DNA of 64,000 nucleotides from an uncultured Bacilli bacterium (GTDB lineage Bacteria > Bacillota_I > Bacilli_A > RF39 > UBA660): assembly GCA_944358455.1 (NCBI GenBank), contig CALVRE010000042.1, positions 299 through 64,298 of the forward strand, read 5' to 3'. A program made the translations under genes and the position numbers. A model generated the notes under the pieces. The model saw only the letters and a list, made by a program, of their open reading frames with translations, was not told the origin of the DNA and made no database searches. Position 1 is the first letter of the stretch. Each line of letters opens with the position of its first letter. Of this stretch, positions 46,341 through 57,206 are shown in pieces.

Positions 46341-49289
46341 CTAAGCCGGAATCTCTTCTAATTTAACACTTACTAATTTACTTACACCTGATTCTTGCAT
46401 CGTAATACCATATAAAATATCAGCATATTCCATCGTTTTCTTTTTATGGGTAATTAAAATAAATTGTGTTTTATCTTTCAATCCTGATAAATATTTACCA
46501 AAACTATCTACATTTACTTCATCTAAAGCAGCTTCTACTTCGTCTAAAATACAAAATGGGACAGGACGTGATTTCAGAATAGCAAATAATAAACTGATGG
46601 CCGTAAATGTTTTTTCACCACCCGATAGTAGCGATATTGTCGTTAGTTTCTTTCCAGGTGGAGATGCAACAATTTCAATTCCTGTTTCTAAAAGATTTTT
46701 AGGATCAGTCAGTTTCAATTCAGCATGTCCACCTTTAAATAATTCGCGGAATGTTTCGCTGAAATGATTTTGAACGATCTCGAAAGTTTTTAAAAACTCT
46801 TCTTTCATAATCGTATCCATTTCTTCGATAATTTCTAATAAAGTGTTTTCAGCATTTACTAAATCCGCTTTTTGATTCATCAAGAACTCATAACGTTCAC
46901 TGACACGATCATACTCTTCGGGAGCAGCAAGATTCACAACGCCAATTTCTTGTAAGCGACGTTTTAATGTATTTACTTTTCTTCGCGCATCTTCCGAATT
47001 TTCTTCCAGTAAATAAGATTCTTTCGCTTTTTCATATGTCATATGATATGTTTCATTCAAAGTAGTAAGTAATGTATCTAGTTTTACATCAGCACGATTC
47101 ACTTCGATTTCTAACTGTTTTAATTCTTGATTTTTTTGGTTAAAAGTACTGTTTTCTCTTTTTAAAACGGCATCGTATTCTTCGATACTTTCGTTTAAGT
47201 CAGTACGTTCTTTTTGAAGACGAGATAAAAGTTGTTCCCATTCGTTTTTCTTTTTTAAAATTTCATAATAGGTATTGATCACTTCCTCTTCTTCTGCACT
47301 GAGTGTGTGCTCAAGAATATGTTTTGTTCCTTCTAGTTGTTCTTTGATGTTACCTAATTGTTCTTCTAAATCGCGAACCAATACTTCTTCATTGAAAATA
47401 GAGTGTTCCTTGGATGCTTTTTCTTTTTGCTCTAAATAGAGCTTATCCTCTAACCCTCTCAATTCATAGTCAAGACGATTGATCGCCTCTTCTAGACGTT
47501 TTAATTCTTCGATTTGTAACGTTTGTTTGTTCATCAATGTTTGTAACTCATACTTATCTTGAATCATATTTCGCGTCGTTTGTACTTTACCACCAGTTAA
47601 AGAACCCCCTACATGTAAAAGATCTCCATCCAATGTAACAATCTTATAACGATAATTTACTTGACGACTAATATTATTGGCATCATCAATACTATGTGCG
47701 ACAATAACGTTTCCAAGTTGGTTTTGAATGATATTTCGATATTGACTTTCACACTTTACTAGATCAGACGCAATACCTATCACTCCTGGTAATTGCTTTA
47801 ATAGCCTACTCGTATCTAAATCAATTCCTTTCGGTTTAATAATGTTGAGAGGGAAAAAGGTAGCTCTTCCAATATTATTGGTTTTTAAATAATAGATTGC
47901 TTCTTTCGCAGATATTTCATTATCGACGACGATATAATTCGTACTGGCACCAAGTGAAGTAGAAATAGCTACTGCATATTCTGGAGCAACTTCAATCATA
48001 TTGCCAATCGCATTATGAATACCACGCAACTTAGGATTATTCAAGACATTTTTGACAGCATATGGCAAAGTCCCATTATTTTCAATGGTATCTTGTAACG
48101 TTTCAATTTTATTATCTAACATTGTCTTAGTACGTATTTTTTGACTCAACTCTTGATCATAACGGCTTTTTTTGTCACGGTTTTCTTTGATTTCTTGTTC
48201 CAACTTGTGAATACGTTCTTGAAGTTCTTGTAATTCCCCTTCTTGCCCCTTTAACAGTTGATTGTGTTGTACCAGTTCGGCATCGATATTCTTCTCTTTT
48301 TCTGTCAATTCGACGATATTATCATGAAGTTTTGCGTCTTCTACCTCGTATTTTTTACGTTCTAGCAAGATTTGTTTTCGACTATTTTGTTTTTCTAGTT
48401 CGGTGCTAGCATTCATCAATTCAGCTTGAGCATTGGTTATTTTTTGATTCAGTTCCTGATTTTTTTTCTTAAATGTTTCTACTTGTACTTCCGTCTTTGA
48501 ATTAGAAGTCATCAGTTCGACTACTTCTTGGTTCAAACGATCAATTTTACGCTTATTTTCTTGATAGGTTGTGTTGATATTCATAATATCATTTGTAATC
48601 AGTGCTACTTCAAGCTTCTCTAACTGTTCTTTCACCTCATTATATTCTAATGCTTTTTCTTTTTGCTCACGAAGTGGTTCTACTTGAAGTTCCAATTCAT
48701 GAATAATGTCTTCCACTCGACTCATATTGTTATGAGTACGTTCTAACTTTCGAAGCGCATCTTCTTTTCTCTTTTTATATTTTAATACTCCTGCTGCCTC
48801 TTCGAAAACAACACGACGATCTTCCGGCTTATTCGATAGTATTTCCTCGATTTTTCCTTGTGAAATAATATTAAAACTTTCTTTTGCTATTCCACTATCC
48901 AACAAAATATCAGTAATATCCTTTAAACGACATTTTTCACCATTCAAAAAATATTCGTTCGTACCATCTTGATATACACGTCTTTTAATTGATACTTCTG
49001 TAAAATCAACTGGCAAGTATTTATCACTATTATCAAATACTAAAGTAACACTCGCAACATTTTGCTTATTACGTGATTTACTACCAGAAAAAATGACATC
49101 GGTCATCGTTCCATCTCCACGAAGCGATTTCACAGACTGTTCCCCTAAAACCCAACGAACGGCATCGACGATATTACTTTTTCCACTTCCATTTGGTCCA
49201 ACAATACCAGTAATTCCTTTCCCTAACTCTAGATTGATTTTATCTGCAAAAGATTTAAAACCTTGTGCCTTTATTTCTTTCAAGTACAT
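46341..49289 (-). CDS. smc: Chromosome partition protein SMC
   Basis: Walker A GPNGSGKSN, a long coiled coil, a hinge, the signature LSGGEKT and Walker B ILDEVEAALD. The start was set at MYLKE. Confidence 0.95.
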   Translation of the reverse strand: MYLKEIKAQGFKSFADKINLELGKGITGIVGPNGSGKSNIVDAVRWVLGEQSVKSLRGDGTMTDVIFSGSKSRNKQNVASVTLVFDNSDKYLPVDFTEVSIKRRVYQDGTNEYFLNGEKCRLKDITDILLDSGIAKESFNIISQGKIEEILSNKPEDRRVVFEEAAGVLKYKKRKEDALRKLERTHNNMSRVEDIIHELELQVEPLREQKEKALEYNEVKEQLEKLEVALITNDIMNINTTYQENKRKIDRLNQEVVELMTSNSKTEVQVETFKKKNQELNQKITNAQAELMNASTELEKQNSRKQILLERKKYEVEDAKLHDNIVELTEKEKNIDAELVQHNQLLKGQEGELQELQERIHKLEQEIKENRDKKSRYDQELSQKIRTKTMLDNKIETLQDTIENNGTLPYAVKNVLNNPKLRGIHNAIGNMIEVAPEYAVAISTSLGASTNYIVVDNEISAKEAIYYLKTNNIGRATFFPLNIIKPKGIDLDTSRLLKQLPGVIGIASDLVKCESQYRNIIQNQLGNVIVAHSIDDANNISRQVNYRYKIVTLDGDLLHVGGSLTGGKVQTTRNMIQDKYELQTLMNKQTLQIEELKRLEEAINRLDYELRGLEDKLYLEQKEKASKEHSIFNEEVLVRDLEEQLGNIKEQLEGTKHILEHTLSAEEEEVINTYYEILKKKNEWEQLLSRLQKERTDLNESIEEYDAVLKRENSTFNQKNQELKQLEIEVNRADVKLDTLLTTLNETYHMTYEKAKESYLLEENSEDARRKVNTLKRRLQEIGVVNLAAPEEYDRVSERYEFLMNQKADLVNAENTLLEIIEEMDTIMKEEFLKTFEIVQNHFSETFRELFKGGHAELKLTDPKNLLETGIEIVASPPGKKLTTISLLSGGEKTFTAISLLFAILKSRPVPFCILDEVEAALDEVNVDSFGKYLSGLKDKTQFILITHKKKTMEYADILYGITMQESGVSKLVSVKLEEIPA

Positions 49290-49393
49290 AACTTCCACCC
49301 ACTTATTTTTCCTTTTTTATTATACTATAAAAAGATAAGAAAACACAAGGAAAAGCCGACTTAAGGCACAATAAAAAGGATCTTGTGATCCTT

Positions 49394-49618
49394 TTATAAT
49401 GATTTTTTGATCGTACGTATCCTTTTACTGCTACGACTCCATTTTACTAAACAAGATAAAAGCAAAATAGTAAGTGGTATTAATAATATCTTGTAAAGTG
49501 GATCAGTTCCTCCATTTATAATCTGGTTCATTGTTAAAGCGATAGCAAAACACCACATCATTGCCCAAAACATATTTAAATTGCGATGAACACGTACATA
49601 TTTCAGCTCTTTTTCCAT
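49394..49618 (-). CDS. Small two-TM membrane protein, hypothetical
   Basis: ORF of 74 aa. Confidence 0.4.
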   Translation of the reverse strand: MEKELKYVRVHRNLNMFWAMMWCFAIALTMNQIINGGTDPLYKILLIPLTILLLSCLVKWSRSSKRIRTIKKSL

Positions 49619-49752
49619 ATAATATCCCCCTTTTGATGGGACTTATTATACTCATAAATAAGATTTTGTCAAATTGATGCATTTACATTCATAATGAGTA
49701 ATATTAGGGTCAAAAACAACCATTTTATTATTCATTTCTATTTTTTGAAATA

Positions 49753-51162
49753 TTATGAATTTATTTCGCCTACTTTTTCTAATTCAAAATAGAAAGTAGT
49801 GCCTTTTCTTTTTTGGGAATTGACACCATATTTTGAACCATGTTGAATCAAAATATTTTTGACGATCGATAAGCCGATTCCTGTTCCATATTGATTACGT
49901 TGATATTTTTTATCGACTTTATAATATTTATCCCAAATAAGATCAATATCTTTTGGATCGATTCCTTTGCCACTATCTTTGACTTCAACTAAGACAGTAT
50001 CTTGTTGATCGGTCAATACGATCGTGACTGTTTTATTCGTTCCTGTATAGTTAATGGCATTGTTAATCAAATTGTAAATTACTTGTTCAATTCTCTTTTT
50101 ATCAGCACGAACCTTATAATGAATAGCATCATCAAAAACAAAATGGAATCCTTCGGTTTCAACTAAATATTGATAATGAGAAAGAATCATTTGAATCAAT
50201 TCAGTCACATCGAATACTTCCATATTAAGTTCAATCGTTTTCGCTTGTAACTTTGATAAATCCAATATATCGTTCACTAAAAGATTCAAACGATCGGCTT
50301 CTTCGGTAATAACATTCAGATTTTGTTCTCTTTTTTCTTTGTTATCACTATTGAGATCACGAGCCATTTCGGCGTACGCTTTAATCATCGTAAGTGGTGT
50401 TTTTAAATCATGACTAACATTTGCTAGTAAATCTCGACGTAATTCCTCTGTTTTGGCTAGTTCATTTCGTGCATAATTTAAAGTCGTAGCAAGTTCATTC
50501 ATTTCAGCAATGTCTTCGCCGGTTTCAAAGACAACATCATATTCTCCTTTTGCCATTTTTTTAGCCGATTCATTAATTTTGACAATTGGTCTAGAAAGAC
50601 GTTTGGAAATAAAATAAGCAACTAGTAATGATAGCAATAACACGAAGATCGTAACGATGATGAGTTGACTAGTTAAAATATGTGTCGTAGAATCCATCGG
50701 AACTAAAGAAGTACTGATAAATGCATATGTTCCATTTCCTAATCTCATAGCATAAATTAACGCTTCGTTATCGAACTTAGGATTGATTAATTTATAACTT
50801 TTATGGTTTTCACCACTATCGATAAAATCGACTTTATAATTGGTTGTATATCCTGGTCCTTCTCCCATGATACATCCTCGATTAAACATATTAGAAGAAT
50901 AAACGGAATTATATTGATTGGTTATTTCAATACAAACTTCACTATTGTAAGCGATTTCATCTAATAATGTCTCATAGTCATTATCTTGATAACTGTTTAA
51001 AACGGCAACAGCAACACTTTTGATTTCTCTTGTTTTAGACCATTCGTAATAGGTATTTAAAAAAGCAACTTGAAAGAGCCACAAAAAAGATAGAATCATT
51101 ACAGAAAAAACGATCATATATGCCCATATTTTAACACTCATACTATTTTTCTTGTACAACAA
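49753..51162 (-). CDS. Sensor histidine kinase (HisKA/HATPase_c)
   Basis: H-box SHDLKTPLT, a G-box and two TM helices. It overlaps the response-regulator gene by 20 nt. Confidence 0.85.
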   Translation of the reverse strand: MLYKKNSMSVKIWAYMIVFSVMILSFLWLFQVAFLNTYYEWSKTREIKSVAVAVLNSYQDNDYETLLDEIAYNSEVCIEITNQYNSVYSSNMFNRGCIMGEGPGYTTNYKVDFIDSGENHKSYKLINPKFDNEALIYAMRLGNGTYAFISTSLVPMDSTTHILTSQLIIVTIFVLLLSLLVAYFISKRLSRPIVKINESAKKMAKGEYDVVFETGEDIAEMNELATTLNYARNELAKTEELRRDLLANVSHDLKTPLTMIKAYAEMARDLNSDNKEKREQNLNVITEEADRLNLLVNDILDLSKLQAKTIELNMEVFDVTELIQMILSHYQYLVETEGFHFVFDDAIHYKVRADKKRIEQVIYNLINNAINYTGTNKTVTIVLTDQQDTVLVEVKDSGKGIDPKDIDLIWDKYYKVDKKYQRNQYGTGIGLSIVKNILIQHGSKYGVNSQKRKGTTFYFELEKVGEINS

Positions 51163-51820
51163 ACTTATACCCCATTCCGCGAACAGTTGCGATTAAATCA
51201 CGATATTTTCCTAAACTGTTACGAAGCATTTTAATATGTGTATCGATTGTTCGATCATCGCCAAAAAAGTCATAACCCCATATTTGATTAAGTAATTTTT
51301 CACGACTGAGAGCAATATTTTTATTTTGAATAAAGAAAACCAGCAATTCATATTCTTTCGGAGTCAATTTTACTTCTTCTTCATCGATCATTACCATATG
51401 GGCATCGAAATCAACAACCAAAGTCTGATAAATAAAATGATCTCCCATTACTTTATGAGAACGAGCTAAAACCGCCTTCACTCTAGCCATCAATTCTCTA
51501 GGGCTAAAAGGTTTTGTCACATAATCATCGATTCCAAGATCAAATCCCATCAATTTGTCGTACTCTTCTCCACGCGCTGATAACATAATTGTTGGTATTT
51601 TCTTTTCTTTATAAATTTCTCTACAAGCTGAAAAACCATCTAATTTGGGCATCATAATATCGATAATCATAAGATCGATACTCTCTTTTTTTGCTACTTC
51701 AATCGCTTCACACCCGTTTTCTGCTTCGATCACTTCATAGCCTTCATTTTTGGAATATTCAGTAATCACATCACGAATTAATTTTTCATCATCTACGACT
51801 AATATTTTCAAAAGTATCAC
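51143..51820 (-). CDS. OmpR-family response regulator
   Basis: Receiver domain (DD..D, K) and a winged-helix C-terminus. Confidence 0.85.
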   Translation of the reverse strand: MILLKILVVDDEKLIRDVITEYSKNEGYEVIEAENGCEAIEVAKKESIDLMIIDIMMPKLDGFSACREIYKEKKIPTIMLSARGEEYDKLMGFDLGIDDYVTKPFSPRELMARVKAVLARSHKVMGDHFIYQTLVVDFDAHMVMIDEEEVKLTPKEYELLVFFIQNKNIALSREKLLNQIWGYDFFGDDRTIDTHIKMLRNSLGKYRDLIATVRGMGYKFVVQEK

Positions 51821-51874
51821 TTCCTCATCTAATATTATACAGATTATTATGTAATTTGTGTGAAAAAAAAGAAA

Positions 51875-53284
51875 CTATTGTTTCTTCTTTTTAGTAAACG
51901 TGAGCCATTTTGATTTTGGCTCTACTGGTTCCACGGATACTTTTTCCTCTTGTTCTTCCATCAGTTCTGGTACTATTGACTCTCTTTTTTGGGCATCACC
52001 TAAAATATGATAGATATGAAACAAAGCTTTCGGATCACGAACGTTATCCTTTTCCAGGACTAACTTTAAATATTCGATATATTTAGGGTAAACACGAATC
52101 AATATTTGTGGTAAGCTATATCTTTTTAATGGATAATAGCACACATCTTTATAACGTTCGTACATTTCTTCATTGATTCGAAATGTAAGAGGTTCAAAAT
52201 ATTGATTGGAAACAATAGAAAACGATTGTGCGGTTCGATGCAAGAAGTTATCATATCCGCTACTGACACCCCAATATGGATATCTATCATTTCCTTCATT
52301 CCATTTTAATAGTACGATGAGTGTTTCAATCAATTGATTTTTTTGCTTACGAAGCATATCGGTCTGTGCAGTTAACTTTTGATATTGTTTCAAGTCTTCT
52401 ATTATATCCGCTTGAAATAAATACTGATATGTTTCCATACAAAGTTTTTTCTCTTGCGTACTTTTTGCTTCTAAGAAAGTATTTAAAATACGAGGTTGTA
52501 ACGCAAAATGGAACTTTTCTTTTTGATAATCATCAATCAAATTTTTATAACGATTGATCCAAAATAATACTTGGATCGCATTGTCGGTATAATCCCCTGA
52601 GCGTGGTATGAAAGAACGCTCGATTAAATTAGATCCAAAAGTTGGATGATAACGATAATTTGGCTGTCGAATGATACGATTATGACGGAGTTCTAATACT
52701 TTTATATATTGTGAGTCATAAACCGCATCATGCATTTGTGACAGCGTCTTTTTAAAAGCACTTTCTAAATGATGATCCGAATATTTTATATTTCCTTTTT
52801 TAATATATTGCGATAATTGTTCTTGCAATATTTCCATACTGCTTACGATATTGATGAATCGTTCTTCATCCAATTTTAGGTTAATTTGTTTTTGTTTATT
52901 AATTAAAAAATGATTGAAATATAAAATTTTTCGTTTCAATATATTTTGATAATCGTCGAGCCAATCGTTTGTTTTCATAAATACGCGAATAGGATTCGAA
53001 AGATGAGAAACAGATTGTTCGACCATTCGGTTTAAAACTTGTTCTTTTAAAGCGAGGTCAACACGACTTCGTTCATATTGATTATCTCTAAAAATACGAT
53101 CGACTAATTCTAGTGATATTTGATATTTGTCTAAAAAATGACTATTCAACAATTGTCTTTCGAATTCTAAGACTTGTCTATCCGTATAATAATATACTTT
53201 TTTACCATCTTCGATTCGAATTTTTTGTGGTTCACTTCGTAACCAAGAAATAATTTCTTGAATATCTTGTTCTACTGCTTTCAC
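51875..53284 (-). CDS. Hypothetical cytoplasmic protein, 469 aa, no recognisable family
   Basis: A long ORF in the AT-rich coding style. Confidence 0.5.
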   Translation of the reverse strand: MKAVEQDIQEIISWLRSEPQKIRIEDGKKVYYYTDRQVLEFERQLLNSHFLDKYQISLELVDRIFRDNQYERSRVDLALKEQVLNRMVEQSVSHLSNPIRVFMKTNDWLDDYQNILKRKILYFNHFLINKQKQINLKLDEERFINIVSSMEILQEQLSQYIKKGNIKYSDHHLESAFKKTLSQMHDAVYDSQYIKVLELRHNRIIRQPNYRYHPTFGSNLIERSFIPRSGDYTDNAIQVLFWINRYKNLIDDYQKEKFHFALQPRILNTFLEAKSTQEKKLCMETYQYLFQADIIEDLKQYQKLTAQTDMLRKQKNQLIETLIVLLKWNEGNDRYPYWGVSSGYDNFLHRTAQSFSIVSNQYFEPLTFRINEEMYERYKDVCYYPLKRYSLPQILIRVYPKYIEYLKLVLEKDNVRDPKALFHIYHILGDAQKRESIVPELMEEQEEKVSVEPVEPKSKWLTFTKKKKQ

Positions 53285-53314
53285 CTAGATTCCCCCATCT
53301 TATTTAGTCGATGT

Positions 53315-53896
53315 CTATTTTTGCAATCCAGAAAGAATATATTCTTTTACTTTCTGGTGTTCACTGGAAGAATAGACTGTATCGTATGGTTCCGACAAAT
53401 TCCAATTTTTTATATCAACATTAACATAATTTTCACCATTTTTCATAACTCCCATAATTTTACCAGCAGCTTTAATATTATGGCGTCCAAATTCGCGATC
53501 ATACAATGGTTGATCAACACATTTTAATTCACGATCATAGGTAAATTGTCCTACTGTTAGGGTTTTATTTTTTCCAACACTGAAAATACTTAAATTTCCA
53601 CCTAATTTTAACAAATCGACAAGAGCATAGATATCTCTTTCTAAAATTTCTTTTTTACATGATGTCGCAAAAACGATAAAACTTGGATTATATTCATTAT
53701 ATAATCCTTCACGTTGTTTTTTATTTTTGTTATAGGTATTCACACATACCGCAATCGTATAATCAGATGGTTTTAAAGCGACAATACGTCTTGTACCCTT
53801 ATAAAAATAATTTTCAATTCCCTCAATATTTTCATGATAATAATGCTTATCCGTATCCAAAACTTTCATTAATTCTTCTAATTTCTTTTCATTCAT
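53315..53896 (-). CDS. Hypothetical protein, 193 aa
   Basis: ORF only. Confidence 0.5.
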   Translation of the reverse strand: MNEKKLEELMKVLDTDKHYYHENIEGIENYFYKGTRRIVALKPSDYTIAVCVNTYNKNKKQREGLYNEYNPSFIVFATSCKKEILERDIYALVDLLKLGGNLSIFSVGKNKTLTVGQFTYDRELKCVDQPLYDREFGRHNIKAAGKIMGVMKNGENYVNVDIKNWNLSEPYDTVYSSSEHQKVKEYILSGLQK

Positions 53897-53971
53897 ATAT
53901 ATCTTCCTTTCACAATAAAGCTTAGTTATTATAGCACTTTTTTTGGGTTTGTCAAATCGATATTCATCTTG

Positions 53972-54004
53972 ATAAAAAAAAGATGTAATAAAGTACTACA
54001 TCTT
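53972..54004 (-). terminator. Rho-independent terminator after uppP
   Basis: AAGATGTA-loop-TACATCTT followed by TTTTTTTT on the minus strand. Confidence 0.5.
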
Positions 54005-54809
54005 AAAAAATAACCATCAATAATACAACGATCGCAAGGGCGATACGATACCACATAAACACTTTGAAGTCATGTTTGCGAATGTAACGAAGTAAGAATT
54101 CGATACATAAGAGGCCAGAAATAAAGGCAACTAAAATACCAATGATAAAGAATGACACATTCGCTCCGATCAATGCCCATGTTTCGCTTTTGAGTAAACT
54201 AAGGACGACGGCCCCCAATACTACTGGAGCTGACAAGTAAAACGAGAACTTAGCAGCATCTTCGCGATTTAAAGAGAGTCCTCTAGCAGCAGCAATCGTC
54301 GTTCCACTTCTTGAAAAACCAGGAATCAAAGCAAATACTTGGGAACAACCAATTAAAAGAGCATCTTTCCAATTCATCTTTTCAATCGTTTTATCACTCT
54401 TACTATAACGATCAAGTAAATAAATGATAATTCCCATGAATGCTAGTGCGAAAGCAATCAAAATATAATTTCCTCGCACAGAAGTTTCGATCGTCTCTTC
54501 TAGTAAAACACCAGCGATGGCAGCAGGAATAGTCGCAAGGACAATATGCCAGAATAGTTTTCCTTCTTGATTTTTTGGCCCTTTTGTTAATCCTTTTATC
54601 ACCATGTTCCAGAAATCTTTGAAGAAATAAATGGCAATTGCCAGCAATGTTCCGAGATGTAAGGCAATGTCAAACGTAAGGGCGACTTCTTCTCCCATAC
54701 TTGCTCCAATACCAAACAAATCACGGAAAATAATGAGATGCGCGGAACTAGAAATCGGCAAAAACTCAGCAATTCCTTGAATAATAGCAAGTAAAATAAT
54801 TCCAAACAT
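54003..54809 (-). CDS. uppP: Undecaprenyl-diphosphatase UppP/BacA
   Basis: IIQGIAEFLPISSSAHLII and a C-terminal PGFSRSG motif. Confidence 0.9.
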   Translation of the reverse strand: MFGIILLAIIQGIAEFLPISSSAHLIIFRDLFGIGASMGEEVALTFDIALHLGTLLAIAIYFFKDFWNMVIKGLTKGPKNQEGKLFWHIVLATIPAAIAGVLLEETIETSVRGNYILIAFALAFMGIIIYLLDRYSKSDKTIEKMNWKDALLIGCSQVFALIPGFSRSGTTIAAARGLSLNREDAAKFSFYLSAPVVLGAVVLSLLKSETWALIGANVSFFIIGILVAFISGLLCIEFLLRYIRKHDFKVFMWYRIALAIVVLLMVIF

Positions 54810-54898
54810 AAAATCTCTCCTTACTGATCACGAACAAAATCATATTTTGCTTTCACTCTTTTATGTGTCTACAAAATTATATCAAATTTTTCTGCAAA

Positions 54899-55345
54899 TT
54901 AGAAGTGATCTTTGCAATTCAGGATGATTTTTTCGATCGTCTCGAGAAGTTTTTCGTCATTTTCCTTCGTTCGCTTCTTTGGACCTTTTACCCGAACTTT
55001 CTGAAGACGCATTTTAGTGTGTTCGTGTCTCATGGCAAGCATTTCATCAATTGTTTGATTTTTAAAGCAAAAACCGAGTGGATGGACAACGTATGATCCT
55101 TTTATTAAACATACTGCTGCTACTCCATAATCTTGCGTGATAACAACATCGTTAGTTGTCACTTCATTTACAATATATTGATCGGTACTTTGATAACCAG
55201 TATCACATAAAACGACTTTTGCATAGTCACTTTGAATTTCATGCGCGAAATCGTGGCAGATCAATACTGGTAGCTGATGTTTTTCTCCTAATGAAACAAT
55301 GTCTTTTACGATTGGACAAGCATCGGCATCGATTATGATTCTCAT
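54899..55345 (-). CDS. YaiI/YqgE-type UPF0178 (DUF188) protein
   Basis: MRIIIDADACP... with a typical length. The start was set at MRIII after the RBS GGTGA. Confidence 0.7.
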   Translation of the reverse strand: MRIIIDADACPIVKDIVSLGEKHQLPVLICHDFAHEIQSDYAKVVLCDTGYQSTDQYIVNEVTTNDVVITQDYGVAAVCLIKGSYVVHPLGFCFKNQTIDEMLAMRHEHTKMRLQKVRVKGPKKRTKENDEKLLETIEKIILNCKDHF

Positions 55346-55394
55346 ACTATCACCATCTCTATTGTACATGAAATCATATCAAAAAAGAAGTTGA

Positions 55395-57206
55395 TTATTC
55401 TTCAACTTCTTCAAATTGTGAATTATAGAGAGTCGCATAGAAACCATTTTTCTTTAAAAGCGAATCATGAGTTCCTTGTTCCACGATATCTCCATCTCGC
55501 ATAACTAAAATTAAATCGGCATTTTTAATCGTCGATAAACGATGGGCAATGATAAAGCTTGTTCTACCTTCCATGAGTTTATCCATCGCTTGTTGAATTA
55601 ATATTTCCGTTCTGGTATCGACGCTACTGGTCGCTTCATCGAGAATTAAGACTTTTGGATCGGCTAAAATAGCACGAGCGATCGTCAAAAGTTGTTTTTC
55701 TCCTTGTGATATGTTTCCTCCTTCTTCATTGATTGGAGTATCATATCCATCTGACAAAGTACGAATGAAGTGATCAATTTGTGCCATTTTGGCAGCTTCT
55801 TCTACTTCTTCATCCGTAGCATCTAATTTCCCATAGCGAATATTATCTTTAATCGTACCACTATAAAGCCAAGTATCTTGTAACACCATTCCAAATAAAC
55901 TTCTCAGATCATTTCTAGAAAAATCAGTCGTAGGAATTCCATCAATCTTAATGGAACCACTATTGAGTTCATAGAAACGCATGAGTAATTTGACAATCGT
56001 TGTTTTTCCTGCTCCCGTTGGTCCTACGATAGCAATCGTCTGTCCTGGTTTAACATGAGCATTGAAATCATTGATGATGATACGATCAGGATGATATCCA
56101 AAATGAACATGATCAAATGTAACTTCACCCTTGATATTTTTAGTAGAAGCCGTTTTCTTCTTATCTGGTACTTCTTCTTCTGCATCTAAGAATTCGAAGA
56201 CACGTTCAGAAGCAGCCATCGTTTGTTGTAAGACATTGGATATTTGTGCAAGTTGGGCAATTGGATTGTTAAACTGTCTTACATATTGAATAAAGGCTTG
56301 AATATTACCTACAGTAATCGTTCCTCTAGAGGCATAATATCCTCCCATGATACATACGACAACGTAACTTACATTTCCGATAAAATTCATAAATGGAAAC
56401 ATCAGTCCTGATAAAAATTGACTCTTCCAAGCTGAATTATATAATTCTTGATTAATGGTTTTAAAAGTTGCTTTCGATTGTTCTTCTCCGTTGAACGCTT
56501 TTACAACTAAGTGACTTCCATACATTTCTTCAATATGACCATTCAACTTACCTAAACTATCTTGTTGAGCAACGAAAAAGCGTTGACTTTTTCCTACTAA
56601 CCACATAACGATCATCAAAGATAGTGGAAGAATCACTAATGATACGATCGTCATCGGAACACTGATGCGAAGCATCATGAATAAAATTCCGATGAGTGTT
56701 ACGACCGAAGTAATAATTTGTGTAATACTTTGGTTGAGGTTTTGGGAAATGGTATCGACATCATTCGTAATACGTGATAATACATCTCCGGTTGTCGTTT
56801 TATCGTAATAAGCTAGCGGCAAACGATTGATCTTTTCAGAAATATCTTTACGTAAGCGATACGTAATTTTATTGGATACTCCTGACATGATAAATCCTTG
56901 AATATAGGAAAATGCTGAACTAGCAAAATAAATGCATAATAGATAGATCAAAATTCTTCCAATACCAGCAAAGTCGATTCCACCAGTACCGGTTACTTTA
57001 TTCATAAGTCCCTCAAATAGAAGGGTTGTTGCTTCTCCTAGGATATCTGGTACTAAAATAGCAAAAATCGTCGAACCAATGGCAAAGAAGATAACCACGA
57101 GAAAAGCAAACTTATAACTTCCCACATAATGAAGAAGTTTTTTTAATGTTCCTTTAAAATCTTTGGCGCGTTCTGTTGTGGCGCCTCTCATTGGACCACC
57201 TTTCAC
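55395..57206 (-). CDS. ABC exporter, fused permease and ATPase (heterodimer partner B)
   Basis: Six TM helices plus a nucleotide-binding domain with GPTGAGKTT, ISQGEKQ and ILDEATS. It overlaps the upstream partner by 4 nt (GTGA). Confidence 0.9.
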   Translation of the reverse strand: MKGGPMRGATTERAKDFKGTLKKLLHYVGSYKFAFLVVIFFAIGSTIFAILVPDILGEATTLLFEGLMNKVTGTGGIDFAGIGRILIYLLCIYFASSAFSYIQGFIMSGVSNKITYRLRKDISEKINRLPLAYYDKTTTGDVLSRITNDVDTISQNLNQSITQIITSVVTLIGILFMMLRISVPMTIVSLVILPLSLMIVMWLVGKSQRFFVAQQDSLGKLNGHIEEMYGSHLVVKAFNGEEQSKATFKTINQELYNSAWKSQFLSGLMFPFMNFIGNVSYVVVCIMGGYYASRGTITVGNIQAFIQYVRQFNNPIAQLAQISNVLQQTMAASERVFEFLDAEEEVPDKKKTASTKNIKGEVTFDHVHFGYHPDRIIINDFNAHVKPGQTIAIVGPTGAGKTTIVKLLMRFYELNSGSIKIDGIPTTDFSRNDLRSLFGMVLQDTWLYSGTIKDNIRYGKLDATDEEVEEAAKMAQIDHFIRTLSDGYDTPINEEGGNISQGEKQLLTIARAILADPKVLILDEATSSVDTRTEILIQQAMDKLMEGRTSFIIAHRLSTIKNADLILVMRDGDIVEQGTHDSLLKKNGFYATLYNSQFEEVEE

